Shown here in pieces: positions 46,202-56,589 of a stretch of DNA of 64,000 bases. How positions within the stretch are numbered: position 1 is the first letter of the stretch; each line of letters opens with the position of its first letter. The DNA is from Tepidisphaera sp. (lineage in GTDB: Bacteria; Planctomycetota; Phycisphaerae; Phycisphaerales; UBA1924). The DNA lies in NCBI GenBank assembly GCA_050916045.1, contig CP051526.1, positions 1,696,001-1,760,000 on the forward strand, read 5' to 3'. Below the pieces are notes generated by a model. The model had not been told where the DNA came from. It saw only the letters and a program-made list of their open reading frames with translations, and did no database searches. The position numbers and the translations under genes were made by a program.

Positions 46202-47578
46202 ATGGCACTCTGGGGCGGACGATTTGAAGGCGCGGCGGATCCGCTTTTCCGGCAGCTCAATGACTCGCTTCCTTTCGATTTCCGCTTGCTCAAGCAGGAC
46301 ATCGAAGGGTCCATCGCGTGGGCGAAAGCCATCGGCGGAGCGGGCGTCCTCACCAAGGACGAGGTCGCCGAACTCGGTGAGGCGATGAACTCGCTCCTCA
46401 CCGAAGCCGCCGCGAAGCCGGACCTCATCGCCGAGTCCTTCGGCCGCGATGAAGACGTCCATTCGTATGTTGAACGCAGGCTGATCGAGATGGTGGGGCC
46501 CCTGGGCAAGAAGCTCCACACCGGGCGGAGCCGAAACGACCAGGTCGCGACCGATGTCCGTCTCTGGACGCGTGCGGCCATCGATGAGCGTCTCGCCGAA
46601 CTGCTCGCGGCTCGCAGGTCGCTTGTCGCGCTCGCGGAACGCGAGCAAAGCACGGTCGTCCCCGGATACACGCATCTCCAGCGTGCCCAGCCGATCCTCT
46701 TCGCCCACTGGGCGCTCGCGTACCAGGAGATGCTCGAACGCGATGCGGCAAGGCTCCTGGACTGCCGCCGGCGCGTGAACATCATGCCGCTGGGCTCGGC
46801 CGCGCTCGCGGGGACGACGTACCAGATCGACCGCGTCGCGCTCGCGAAGGACCTTGGCTTTGAAAGCCCCTCGCGGAACAGCTTGGACGCGACGGCGGAC
46901 CGCGACTTCATCGCCGAGACGCTTTTCTGCATCGCGCAGACCTCGGTCCACCTCTCGCGGATGGCCGAGGACCTGATCCTTTTCATGACGCAGGAGTACC
47001 GGTTCGTCGAGATGACGGATAGCGTGACGAGTGGGTCGAGCCTGATGCCCCAGAAAAAGAACCCCGACGCGTGCGAGCTGCTCCGCGGCAAGAGCGGGCG
47101 GATGATCGGGTCGCTGATGTCGATCCTGACGACGATGAAGGGGCTTCCCCTCGCGTACAACAAGGACCTTCAGGAGGACAAGGAGCCGCTCTTTGACGGG
47201 ATGGAGCAGCTTTCGATGTGCCTGCGGGTTGTGCCGCGGGTGCTCGACGGCCTCAAGGTCCGTCGCGAGGTGTGCCGGGAAGCCGCGCTCGACGGGTACG
47301 CGAACGCGACCGAGCTCGCGGATTACCTCGTCGGCAAGGGTGTCGCGTTCCGCGACGCTCACGATCAGGTCGGACGGATCGTCCGGTTTGCCATCGAGCA
47401 GAACAAGCGTCTCGAAGCTCTCTCGATCGACGAGCTGAAGTCCGTTTCGCCGGTCGTCGCGGCGGACGTGTACGAATCGCTCAAACTCGAAGCAGGCCTC
47501 GCGCGGCGCGAGATCCTGGGCGGAACGGGCCCCCGGGCGGTCGCGGGCGCGATCGCGGCGGCCAAAGCCAGACTCTGA
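46202..47578 (+). CDS. argH: Argininosuccinate lyase
   Basis: LWGGRF, HTGRSRNDQ, GSSLMPQKKNPD, YNKDLQEDKE. Confidence 0.98.
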   Translation: MALWGGRFEGAADPLFRQLNDSLPFDFRLLKQDIEGSIAWAKAIGGAGVLTKDEVAELGEAMNSLLTEAAAKPDLIAESFGRDEDVHSYVERRLIEMVGPLGKKLHTGRSRNDQVATDVRLWTRAAIDERLAELLAARRSLVALAEREQSTVVPGYTHLQRAQPILFAHWALAYQEMLERDAARLLDCRRRVNIMPLGSAALAGTTYQIDRVALAKDLGFESPSRNSLDATADRDFIAETLFCIAQTSVHLSRMAEDLILFMTQEYRFVEMTDSVTSGSSLMPQKKNPDACELLRGKSGRMIGSLMSILTTMKGLPLAYNKDLQEDKEPLFDGMEQLSMCLRVVPRVLDGLKVRREVCREAALDGYANATELADYLVGKGVAFRDAHDQVGRIVRFAIEQNKRLEALSIDELKSVSPVVAADVYESLKLEAGLARREILGGTGPRAVAGAIAAAKARL

Positions 47579-47609
47579 CGCGGGCGCTCACCCGGACGTT
47601 GACACGGGC

Positions 47610-49706
47610 TCACTCGGTCGCGAAGGCGGTGCCGCCGAGATCTTCGGAGGGTTCGGCGAAGGCGCTGCCCTGGATCACGATGCCGGTGTTGCTGTGCGGC
47701 GGGACGGCCTGAGCCGGCGCCGACCGCGTCGGATGGTGGTGCATCATGACCTGCAGGTCTTCCGGCTGAATCGGCGTCGCGTTGGGCTTGACCGTGTGGA
47801 CCTGGATGCCGCGCTCGGGCGTGCCGCGGACCTCCTTGTACACGTTCTTGTCGACAAAGCCTTGAAGCTTGCGAGCCCGCACGGGGTGCTGAAGCTTGCG
47901 GATCGCTTTGGCTTCGACCTGGCGGACGCGTTCGCGGGTGACCTTGAAGATGCGGCCGACTTCCTCGAGGGTGTAGGTGTACCCGTCGCCGATGCCGTAG
48001 CGGAGCTTGATGATCTCGCGCTCGCGGTAGGTGAGGGTCTTGAGTACGCCCTCGATCCGGCTCTTGAGCATGTCCGACGCGGCGGAGTCCGAGGGGCCCT
48101 CCTGTTTGCTGTCGGGCAGGAAATCGCCGAAGTTGGAGTCCTCGTTCTCGCCGACGGGACGGTCGAGGGAGACAGGTCCGCGGCCGATGCGTCCGACGCG
48201 CTTGACGTCGTTGATGGACATCGAGGCTTTCTCGGCCAGTTCGTCCATGGTGGGCTCGACGCCCGTGGCGAGCAGTTCGTTCTTCTGGATCGCCCGCAGC
48301 TTGCCCATGGTCTCGATCATGTGGACGGGGATGCGGATGGTGCGGGCGTGATCGGCGATGGCGCGGGTGATCGCCTGCCGGATCCACCACGTCGCGTAGG
48401 TCGAGAACTTGTACCCGCGCTTGTACTCGTACTTGTCGACCGCTCGCATCAGGCCGGTGTTGCCCTCCTGGATGACGTCCAGGAACGACAAGCCGCGGTT
48501 GCGGTACTTCTTCGCGATCGAGACGACAAGGCGCAGGTTGCCGCCCGAGAGATCGCGCTTGGCCTGCTCGTACTCCCAGAAGACCGTGCGCGTGGCGCGG
48601 ATCCGGTCGCGGAGCTCGATGGGTTCCTCGAGCGTCAGCATCCGCAGGCCGTCGAGTTCTTCCTTGGCGACGGCGAGGTCGTCGGCGTGCTTGTTGATCT
48701 CCCCGCGAGCGGCTTTCTTGATCTCCTGCTCGAGCTCGGTCATCTTGTTGGTGATGGACCGAAGCTTGCGGAAGAGCGGGATGATGCGGCCGGTGCGGAG
48801 GGTGAGTTCCTCGGTGAGCGCGGCCATGCGGCGGCGGCGCGTCTGGATCCGGGCCTTGATCGTTCGGTAGGTTTCCTTGTCCTTGGCCTTTCGGGCCTGC
48901 TGAAGCTCATCCCAATCCTGACGGTTGAGGAGCAGCAGTTTCTCGATCGTCTCGACGTTCCCGGGGATGCGCTTGGCGACCTTGTCGCGGGCGTTGCTCT
49001 CCGCCGTGGAAAGCCGCATGGTGCGGTCGAACGGGAGTTCGCCGCGCTGAACAGCCTTCAGGATTTCGACCGCCTGGCTCACGATGTAGTCGCTCTCGAG
49101 ACAGCGACGGCGGAAGATCATCCGGGTGACCTCGACCTTCTTGGCGAGGCGGATTTCCTCGTCGCGGACGAGCAGCGGGATTGAACCCATTTGCGACAGA
49201 TACGTCCGGATCGGGTCGTCGACCTTGCGGCTGGTGTTCTCCGCGGCGACGTCCTCGAAGGCTTTGTTCACGTCGGGGTCGTCGATGAGGTCCATGTCCT
49301 GCCGTGATTTGGCGGACTGCCGCACACCCGCATCCTCGGCCTGCCGGTCACCGCCGGCGACGGACATCGCGCGGCCGTTCTTGGCGGTGGGGGGCGGAGC
49401 GGTCCCGCCCGACTCCTTGCTGAGACGCCAGGCGCGGGCTTTGAACTCAAGCTCGTCGATGAGTTCGACGCCGGTCTGGTCGAGCAGGACGAGGATCTCG
49501 TCGATCCGTTCGGGGTCGACCAGCTCGTCCGGCAGGGTGTTGTTGAGCTCTTCGATCGAGAGCCACCCTCGCGTGGTGGCCATCTGCATCAGCCCGAACA
49601 TCATCGGGTTCATGTCGGCGATCACGTTCATCCGCTCGCCTCGTGCGACGGTGGGTTTGGCGCTTGCGGCCTGGGTCTGTCCGCTCTTGGATGTGGCCTT
49701 CTTCAT
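47610..49706 (-). CDS. rpoD: Primary sigma factor sigma70
   Basis: [50 protein letters not shown]; downstream of dnaG. Confidence 0.95.
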   Translation of the reverse strand: MKKATSKSGQTQAASAKPTVARGERMNVIADMNPMMFGLMQMATTRGWLSIEELNNTLPDELVDPERIDEILVLLDQTGVELIDELEFKARAWRLSKESGGTAPPPTAKNGRAMSVAGGDRQAEDAGVRQSAKSRQDMDLIDDPDVNKAFEDVAAENTSRKVDDPIRTYLSQMGSIPLLVRDEEIRLAKKVEVTRMIFRRRCLESDYIVSQAVEILKAVQRGELPFDRTMRLSTAESNARDKVAKRIPGNVETIEKLLLLNRQDWDELQQARKAKDKETYRTIKARIQTRRRRMAALTEELTLRTGRIIPLFRKLRSITNKMTELEQEIKKAARGEINKHADDLAVAKEELDGLRMLTLEEPIELRDRIRATRTVFWEYEQAKRDLSGGNLRLVVSIAKKYRNRGLSFLDVIQEGNTGLMRAVDKYEYKRGYKFSTYATWWIRQAITRAIADHARTIRIPVHMIETMGKLRAIQKNELLATGVEPTMDELAEKASMSINDVKRVGRIGRGPVSLDRPVGENEDSNFGDFLPDSKQEGPSDSAASDMLKSRIEGVLKTLTYREREIIKLRYGIGDGYTYTLEEVGRIFKVTRERVRQVEAKAIRKLQHPVRARKLQGFVDKNVYKEVRGTPERGIQVHTVKPNATPIQPEDLQVMMHHHPTRSAPAQAVPPHSNTGIVIQGSAFAEPSEDLGGTAFATE

Positions 49707-49777
49707 GAATCCACCCTTTCGGTGCACTTGAACGAATCCTACGAACGAATCCGGCGTTCCAACCTGTCCCTGCCCGA

Positions 49778-51661
49778 CTACCGAAGCCTGGGGAGCCTTC
49801 GTCGATCTCCCCCGATGTTCTGTGAGCGGCGTGCCTGTTCCAGACGCTCCGCGGAAGTCACGGCCACCGAGCCGCCGCCCGAAGCGGCGTGATCCAACAT
49901 CGCCCGACGCAGGCACTCGTCAAAGACCTGACGGATGCGGGCCGGGTCCTGATCAGCTTGATTCTCCGTGCGGCGACAGAGCGCGGTCGCGGCGCTCTCG
50001 AAATGCTCGCTCTGCTCAGTCGCTTCGCCGCTGAGTTCTTCCAGAACGGCGTCAAGCGAGGGGGGCTTTCCTCCCTCGCAGACCATCGCCACGGCTTCAG
50101 CAACCTTCGCGACCAAGGGCGAAGAATACGCCACCGGCGCGATCAGGTCGTGCTGCTCGCGGGGGAGGGCGTGGATCAACGCTCCGTCCGCCAGAAGGCA
50201 CCCCAGCAGCGCCTCCGCCGGTGTCCAGCGTCCCGAAGCCAGCCGACGCAGTTCTTCATCCCGCCAGCCGGCATCCGCCGAGGCCGCCGGCGCCGCTCGC
50301 GGCATGCGCCGCGCCGTCGCGTCCAGCCCCATCTGATCCCGAATCGTCCCCTCGTCCAGGCCCGAGAGCGAAGCCAGGTGCTTGACCACCAGTTTCTGCT
50401 TGATCGGCTCGACCTCGGCCAGGCCGAGTTCCTTCAGGCGCGTGATCTCTTCGGACATCGCGAGCGACAAGGCCGAGACGCCAGCACCCTTCAGCTTGGC
50501 TTTGATCCGGGAGAACCGGTATGTGAGCAGGTCTGTGGAAGCCGCAAACGCCTGCCGAAGCACGTCCGCACCGCCGGGCCGCTTGAGCAGTTCGTCCGGG
50601 TCTTTCGCGTCCGTGTGGGCTTTGAGGGTGCAGATGCTGACATCCACCGGCTCGGCGAAGAAGACCTCGACCGCCCGGTCGGCCGCCCGCTGCCCCGCAT
50701 CGTCGCCGTCGAAAAGCAGCACGACCCGCGTGCAGTACCGTGCCAAAAGCGTCGCGTGCTCGCGGGTCATCGCCGTTCCCAGCGTCGCCACCACGTTCCG
50801 GATCCCCGCTTGATGGCAGGCGATCGTGTCCGTGTACCCCTCGGTCACCACCACCTCGTTCAGCTTGCGGATCTCCTGCGAAGCCTGCGAGAGGCCGTAA
50901 AGCGTCTGGGACTTGCTGAAGAGACGCGTCTCGGGGGAGTTGATGTACTTGGGCTCATCCGCTTCGTCGATCTTCCGCCCGCCGAAAGCGATCACCCGCC
51001 CGGCCGCGTCCAGAATCGGGAACATGAGGCGGTTCCGGAACGCGTCGTAGCACCCGTCGCCGTTGTCTCGCTTCTTGAGAAGCCCCGCTTCGATCGATGC
51101 CTGCTCAGGGATGCCTTTGGACCTCAGTGTGACGAGCAGGCCGTCCCAGCGCGCCGCCGAGACCCCGATGCCGAACTGCTCCACCATCTCGGGAGAGATC
51201 CCGCGACGCTCGATCACCGCCCGGCCGGACGCTCCATGCTCCGGGTGCCGGAGCAGAGCCCGGAAGAACTCCGAAGCAAACCCGCACGCATCGAGAAGGT
51301 CGCGGCGCGAGGGGCCGGTCGGCGCCGCGTCCCCCTGCCCGCCCGCGCGGTTGGGCTTCCACGGAGTGAGCTCGATGTTGGCCCGTTCGGCGAGGTGTTT
51401 GAGGGCTTCCACCTTCTCCATGCGGAACATCCGGCGGACGAAAGTGAAGCAGTCGCCGCCGGCACCGCAGACAAAGCAGTAGAAGATCCCCTTGGCCGGG
51501 ATGACGTTCATCGAGGGGGAATGATCGTCGTGGAACGGGCACAAGCCGACGTACTCGCGGCCCTTGGGTTTGAGTTTGACGTGCTCACCCACCAGGCGCA
51601 CGATGTCCGTCGCGGCTCTGACGCGTTCCCAATCATTCTCTTGACCCAGCGGCTTGCTCAT
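49778..51661 (-). CDS. dnaG: DNA primase
   Basis: CPFHDD...CFVC Zn finger, [20 protein letters not shown]. Confidence 0.97.
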   Translation of the reverse strand: MSKPLGQENDWERVRAATDIVRLVGEHVKLKPKGREYVGLCPFHDDHSPSMNVIPAKGIFYCFVCGAGGDCFTFVRRMFRMEKVEALKHLAERANIELTPWKPNRAGGQGDAAPTGPSRRDLLDACGFASEFFRALLRHPEHGASGRAVIERRGISPEMVEQFGIGVSAARWDGLLVTLRSKGIPEQASIEAGLLKKRDNGDGCYDAFRNRLMFPILDAAGRVIAFGGRKIDEADEPKYINSPETRLFSKSQTLYGLSQASQEIRKLNEVVVTEGYTDTIACHQAGIRNVVATLGTAMTREHATLLARYCTRVVLLFDGDDAGQRAADRAVEVFFAEPVDVSICTLKAHTDAKDPDELLKRPGGADVLRQAFAASTDLLTYRFSRIKAKLKGAGVSALSLAMSEEITRLKELGLAEVEPIKQKLVVKHLASLSGLDEGTIRDQMGLDATARRMPRAAPAASADAGWRDEELRRLASGRWTPAEALLGCLLADGALIHALPREQHDLIAPVAYSSPLVAKVAEAVAMVCEGGKPPSLDAVLEELSGEATEQSEHFESAATALCRRTENQADQDPARIRQVFDECLRRAMLDHAASGGGSVAVTSAERLEQARRSQNIGGDRRRLPRLR

Positions 51662-52154
51662 CGCGGCGGGCTCACCTCGAACAACCCCGAACCCCGAACA
51701 TCCTGCGACGGCGGGCTGGAACAGCCCACCCGTGCGCTCGCGTCATGCGACCCGTGCCAAAGCGAATTTTCGGACCTTTCGCGACCTGAAGATAGACCGT
51801 CCGTCCGGGCCTCGCGGCCGCCGAACGGACCCTGATTTGAATCCGCCGGCCGCTTCCGGCGGGCGGATGAGGTCGCAAAGAGGGAAACTCGCGGAGTCGG
51901 TGGCGATCCGGGTGAGCGGCGTGTGGCACGAAGGCCGTTGGCTCGGTGGATCTGTGAATCGCGGTCCCTGCGAATTCACACTAGCACAGAATTCGCCGGG
52001 TGCCCACAGAAAGCACCGATTTCTGCGCATTTCGGGGGCTTTCCGACCGTCAGGGTTGGATAACCAACACCCCGGCGGACCGGGCTCCGAAGGTGCCGCG
52101 AACGCCCGGCTTCGAGGGTTGCATCCCGTCCGGATTCCTGCGATGCTGCCCCGC

Positions 52155-52424
52155 ATGGAGCGGCGAGCGGTGATGTTCGTGGGACGGGTGCAGGGGGTCG
52201 GGTTTCGAGCCACCGCCGCTGGCGTGGCCGGGAAGCACCCCGTGACGGGGTGGGTCCGGAATGAGCCCGACGACACCGTCAGGCTTGAGGTCCAGGGCTC
52301 CGTGGCGGCGATCGAGGGCATGCTGGCCGAGCTTCGTGAACGAATGTGGCGGTTCATCGTCAAGGAAGTCGCGTCCGCGATGACGACCGACCCGAGTGAA
52401 GCGGGGTTCCGTATCCGCAGGTGA
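52155..52424 (+). CDS. acyP: Acylphosphatase
   Basis: GRVQGVGFR, GWVRN. Confidence 0.92.
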   Translation: MERRAVMFVGRVQGVGFRATAAGVAGKHPVTGWVRNEPDDTVRLEVQGSVAAIEGMLAELRERMWRFIVKEVASAMTTDPSEAGFRIRR

Positions 52425-53303
52425 TCAGGGGGCGGCAGCAAGCCGGGCCGCACCGCGGGCCGCGTGAAACCCATCGTGGGCGAGGATCAGTCTCCAGTTG
52501 GGGCGGGCGAGCGACGTCAGCCGATCGGAGATGCGGGCTTTGAGGTCGGGGCCGAGGTGTGCGACCGCGAACGACACGCCGCCGAGGAGCGCGACGACGT
52601 CCGGGCGGTAGATGGCGTGGGCGATGCGGACCATGCGAACCAACACGAGGACCGCCGGATCGTCCGGTGCGAGCGGTGGAAGGTGGGCACCGTCGGCGAT
52701 GCCGAGCCGGGCGTGGAGAGCGGGGGCTCCGAGGTAGGCTTCGGCTGTGCCGAGGCTGCCGTCGCGGGCGATTGGAGTGTCCGCCACGGCACCGACCGCC
52801 ATGGAAAGGTCGATGTGTCCGAGGTGGCCGGATGAGAACCCGGCGTCCGGCGGGCTGACGCGGAGCGGGACGCCATCGTCGAGGACGCAGGCTCCGATCC
52901 CAGTCCCGAGGCTGATCGCGAGCAGGCGGGCACGGATGGCGTGCGCCTGCTGAACGTCGAATGCGGCGGCGTGGGCGTCCGTGACGACCTTTGCACGGGG
53001 CCACGCGGCGGCGGTGCCGAGAAGGCCGTCCAGATCGACGCCGACGAGTTTGGGCAGGTTGACGCTCGCGGTGAGCGTCCGGCGGACGGGGTCGAACAGA
53101 CCGGGCAAGCAGAGCCCCACGCGGTCGGGCGACGGGAGATGCTCGGCGAGCGTGCGGATCTCATTCTCAAGCGTGCCCGCGTCCGGGTTCGCGTAGGGTG
53201 TTCGCGACCGCACCGTCGCGATCGTGCGAGCCCCGCTCCCCGAGATCTCGATCGCCGCGGCTTTCGTGGTCGTTCCGCCGATGTCGATGCCGAGTGCGAT
53301 CAT
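52425..53303 (-). CDS. ROK-family sugar kinase-like protein
   Basis: GIDIGGT, GLCLPG, DAHAAA, SLGTGIG, GHLGH. Confidence 0.88.
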   Translation of the reverse strand: MIALGIDIGGTTTKAAAIEISGSGARTIATVRSRTPYANPDAGTLENEIRTLAEHLPSPDRVGLCLPGLFDPVRRTLTASVNLPKLVGVDLDGLLGTAAAWPRAKVVTDAHAAAFDVQQAHAIRARLLAISLGTGIGACVLDDGVPLRVSPPDAGFSSGHLGHIDLSMAVGAVADTPIARDGSLGTAEAYLGAPALHARLGIADGAHLPPLAPDDPAVLVLVRMVRIAHAIYRPDVVALLGGVSFAVAHLGPDLKARISDRLTSLARPNWRLILAHDGFHAARGAARLAAAP

Positions 53304-53389
53304 GGGAGGTGGCCCGTGGAGAAGGGACAGGCTTCGAGCATGGTTGCAGTGTACCCGCGGGCGGATTTCGGTACCATGCGGGGATGATC

Positions 53390-54730
53390 ATGCGACACAC
53401 TCGGTGGCTGGTAGCGGGTTTGCTCACGTTCGCGACGATGGGCGCGGCCCAAGCCGCCGAACCGGACCGGTACGTCATCGTTCGCGGCGGCACGGTGATC
53501 GCCGTGCCCGGCAAGCCGGCGGCGGCGAACACGACGGTTGTCCTCAAGAATGGCAAGGTCGATGCGGTCGTGCCGGCGGCTCAGGAACCCAAGCCGGAGT
53601 GGCTTCCGAAGGACGCGAAGATCGAGGTGATCGACGCGACGGGCAAGTTCGTGCTTCCGGGTCTGATCGACTGCCACGTCCATCTGACGTCGCTGTACGA
53701 CCAGGGGCAGCGGATGCGGCTGGTCTCCGAGAGCAACTCGCTGGTGACGCTCCGCGCGGCCGAGAACGCCCGCGTCACGCTCGAAGCCGGGTTCACGACC
53801 GTCCGCGACCTGGGAGCCAAAGCTCCCGAGACGATTTTCGCCCTTCGCGACGCGATCAACATGGGGATCGCCAAAGGACCGCGCATCGTCGCGGCCGGGC
53901 ACGCCATCAGCATCACCGGCGGCCACGGGGACGCGACCAGCGGGTTCCGGTCCGACGTCTGGGACCTTGAAGCCCGCGGCGAGGGGATCGCCGACGGGCC
54001 CGATGCGTGCATGAAAGCCGTGCGGACGCAGATCAAGCAGGGGGCGGATGTCATCAAGCTGACCGCGACGGGCGGCGTGCTTTCGGCGAGCGCGGCGGGC
54101 CTCAGGCAGCATTTCACACAGGAAGAGCTGAACGCGATCGTGACCGCGGCCCACATGATGTCGCGGAAGGTCGCGGCCCACGCTCACGGGACCGACGGGA
54201 TCAAAGCGGCGCTCAAAGCCGGGGTCGATTCGATCGAGCACGGGACATTCCTTGACGATCAGACCATCGACATGCTCAAGACGAGCGCGGCGGAGGGCAC
54301 CAAGCAGTACCTCGTTCCGACCATGCTCGCGGCCCAGACCGTCGCGGAAAACGCGGAGAAGCCCGGGTACTACATGGCCATGGTCGCCGCCAAAGCCCGC
54401 ATTGTCGGACCCCGGCTCAAGGAATCCGTGAAGAAAGCCCACGCGGCGGGGGTGCTCATCGCGTTCGGGACCGACTGCGGCGTCAGCGAGCACGGCATCA
54501 ACGCCCGCGAGTTCGCCCTGATGGTTGATGCGGGGATGTCCCCGACGGAGACGCTCGTCGCGGCGACGGTCACCGCGGCGGACCTGCTCGGCTTGTCGGA
54601 AGAAATAGGCACGCTCGAACCCGGCAAAGCCGGCGACCTGATCATCGTCGCGTCCGACCCGACGAAGGATGTCGCGACGCTCACGGATGTGAAGGTTGTG
54701 GTGAAGGGCGGGGAAGTGGTGAAGAAGTGA
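53390..54730 (+). CDS. Secreted metal-dependent amidohydrolase (prolidase-like)
   Basis: Signal peptide; PGLIDCHVH, GFTTVRDLG, GADVIK, AAHAHG, SIEHG, FGTD. Confidence 0.92.
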   Translation: MRHTRWLVAGLLTFATMGAAQAAEPDRYVIVRGGTVIAVPGKPAAANTTVVLKNGKVDAVVPAAQEPKPEWLPKDAKIEVIDATGKFVLPGLIDCHVHLTSLYDQGQRMRLVSESNSLVTLRAAENARVTLEAGFTTVRDLGAKAPETIFALRDAINMGIAKGPRIVAAGHAISITGGHGDATSGFRSDVWDLEARGEGIADGPDACMKAVRTQIKQGADVIKLTATGGVLSASAAGLRQHFTQEELNAIVTAAHMMSRKVAAHAHGTDGIKAALKAGVDSIEHGTFLDDQTIDMLKTSAAEGTKQYLVPTMLAAQTVAENAEKPGYYMAMVAAKARIVGPRLKESVKKAHAAGVLIAFGTDCGVSEHGINAREFALMVDAGMSPTETLVAATVTAADLLGLSEEIGTLEPGKAGDLIIVASDPTKDVATLTDVKVVVKGGEVVKK

Positions 54731-54788
54731 GCGAGCCCTGAGAATGCAACGAGACGCGCCTCATTCGACGTGCGTCACGCAACGCGCC

Positions 54789-55394
54789 TCACGAGCCAGC
54801 GTGGTGTCGAACCGAACCTTCGCGCTTGACGCCGCATTCCGGGCAGGGGCGATCATTCAGCTGATCCGAGAAGTCGTACCCGCAAGCGGGACAATGTCCC
54901 ACCCGTGATCTCCGCTTTGCGATGAATCCGGATCGAAAGAAGGCGAGCGAAAGTCCGATGGTGACGACAATCGGCGGTCAAAGCGCGATTGTTCCGCTGA
55001 CTTCCCAGACCCCGGACACGTGGGGCGGAAAGCCGCGACTCGAAGTCGGCATGTAGGTGCCGTTGGCGTCGATCACGATCTCGCACATCCACGGGATCCG
55101 AATCCGCCGCTGCGCAACGGCGAGTGCAACCGGCGCAATCTCGAATCGAAGCGTCCGATGGGTTTCAGGCAAAAGCTCGGAATACCGACCTTGGTACGAA
55201 GTCTCACGGCCCGGTGCTTGAACCGCTTGCACGAAGAGCTGGCCGCCGGAGATCTGGGGCTGGCACTCAAAGCCGTAGAAATCGAAAAAGACGACCGTCC
55301 AGTACCAACGCGTCCAGAGAAACGCGCCGGCCATCGCAAGCGTCATGGACGCAAGGCCGATCCCGAGCCCCTTTCGCGTTCGTCCGCGTGCCAA
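54789..55394 (-). pseudogene. Zn-ribbon membrane protein paralog 3 with in-frame TGA at 54978-54980
   Basis: IAL*PPIVVTIGLSLAFF...GHCPACGYDF...CPECG continues in the same frame to TGA at 54789. Confidence 0.85.
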
Positions 55395-55398
55395 GGCG

Positions 55399-56004
55399 TT
55401 ACCCTCCGGCTTTCACGGGCCTCGCTTTGCCGCATTCCGGGCAGGCCTGGCCCGCGAGAGTCGCTCGGAGGTCATAGCCGCAGGCGCCGCAGCCGCCTCG
55501 TCCCGCCCGAACTCTCGCTCTACGCGAAAATCCAAGAGTCACCGCGCCAAGGGCGAACGTACAGATCACCACCGGCCAGAGCACGACGGAGGCGCAGAAC
55601 ATCCCATAAGGCTGGCGAATTCCTGAACCGGGCGAGGTGAGGCCTACGTCGATGTGCTGGGAATCGTAACACGTCCAAACGAGTCGTTGAAAGCTCCACT
55701 GACGCTGGCCCGGAGAAAGCACCATCGATCCAGAATCCGACGGTAGAAACCACAAAATCTCAGCAGATTCAAGGTTGCCGAGATGGATGTCCGGCCAGTT
55801 AAAGAGCTTGTCTGAGATGTGCCGTCCATCGATGTCGAAGTAAAGCACACCACGTTCGAAGATCAGATTGACTGGATGCGAACCGACACCGGTCGTTATC
55901 CAGCAACTCTTCCAGCGTGTCGCTACTAGGCCGGCGATCATGACGCACGCGATGAGCCAAAGCGCAAGGCCGAGTCGCAGTCGCTTTCGTCCGATGAGAG
56001 TCAT
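55399..56004 (-). CDS. Membrane protein with C-terminal CxxCGY...CPECG Zn ribbon (paralog 2)
   Basis: TM-RW, variable loop, VVLWP-TM, CGACGYDL...CPECG. Confidence 0.85.
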   Translation of the reverse strand: MTLIGRKRLRLGLALWLIACVMIAGLVATRWKSCWITTGVGSHPVNLIFERGVLYFDIDGRHISDKLFNWPDIHLGNLESAEILWFLPSDSGSMVLSPGQRQWSFQRLVWTCYDSQHIDVGLTSPGSGIRQPYGMFCASVVLWPVVICTFALGAVTLGFSRRARVRAGRGGCGACGYDLRATLAGQACPECGKARPVKAGG

Positions 56005-56558
56005 GGTTGAAGACCTCGAGATTGTGATGACGCCTCTCCACACTCCGGGCAAAGCTTCGCGGAGGGCGTGGAGCGAAGGTCATAGCCGCACGCGAGGCAC
56101 GAGACCTTTGCGGCGTGAAGTCTCGCACGGACGCCGGCGCGACGAACGAAGAACGCCGACGCGAGAATCGACGTCGCGAAAGGCCAGAGCACGACCTGTC
56201 CAACAGCGGTCTTGTCCGTAACTCGCACGTACGCCAATCGCAAAAGGCCAAACTCCAACGATTCGTCGCTCCGCGAACCAATGGGCGGGTAGGGCGGGGG
56301 GAGACGCCAGACGAACGACGGCTCGGCGGGCGCGAGGTTGTGGATCTTGTACGAAGGCTTCTCGCCCGACGGGAGAGAAGGAACGCCGCCGTTGAACCAG
56401 ATCTCGCCGCGTTCAAGGCCCGCTTCGCCAGTCAGAACATCGGACCTGACCGAAACATGAACCCACCGCCAGCGTGACAGTGCGGTGACGCCTGCGACGG
56501 CGACTCCGAAGGCGAGCAGCACGGTTCCGAGCTGGATTCTGTGCTTGCCGCGTGCCAT
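56001..56558 (-). CDS. Membrane protein with C-terminal CxxCGY...CPECG Zn ribbon (paralog 1)
   Basis: TM-RW, VVLWP-TM, CLACGYDL...CPECG; ATGA overlap with paralog 2. Confidence 0.85.
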   Translation of the reverse strand: MARGKHRIQLGTVLLAFGVAVAGVTALSRWRWVHVSVRSDVLTGEAGLERGEIWFNGGVPSLPSGEKPSYKIHNLAPAEPSFVWRLPPPYPPIGSRSDESLEFGLLRLAYVRVTDKTAVGQVVLWPFATSILASAFFVRRAGVRARLHAAKVSCLACGYDLRSTPSAKLCPECGEASSQSRGLQP

Positions 56559-56589
56559 AGGCGTTCAGTGTGCCGAAGACTGCTCTGGT

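Noticed and set aside
54978..54980. TGA recoded as Trp or Sec
   Set aside because: Conserved genes here (argC, argF, argH) end in TGA and use TGG for Trp; a single nonsense change or error is simpler.
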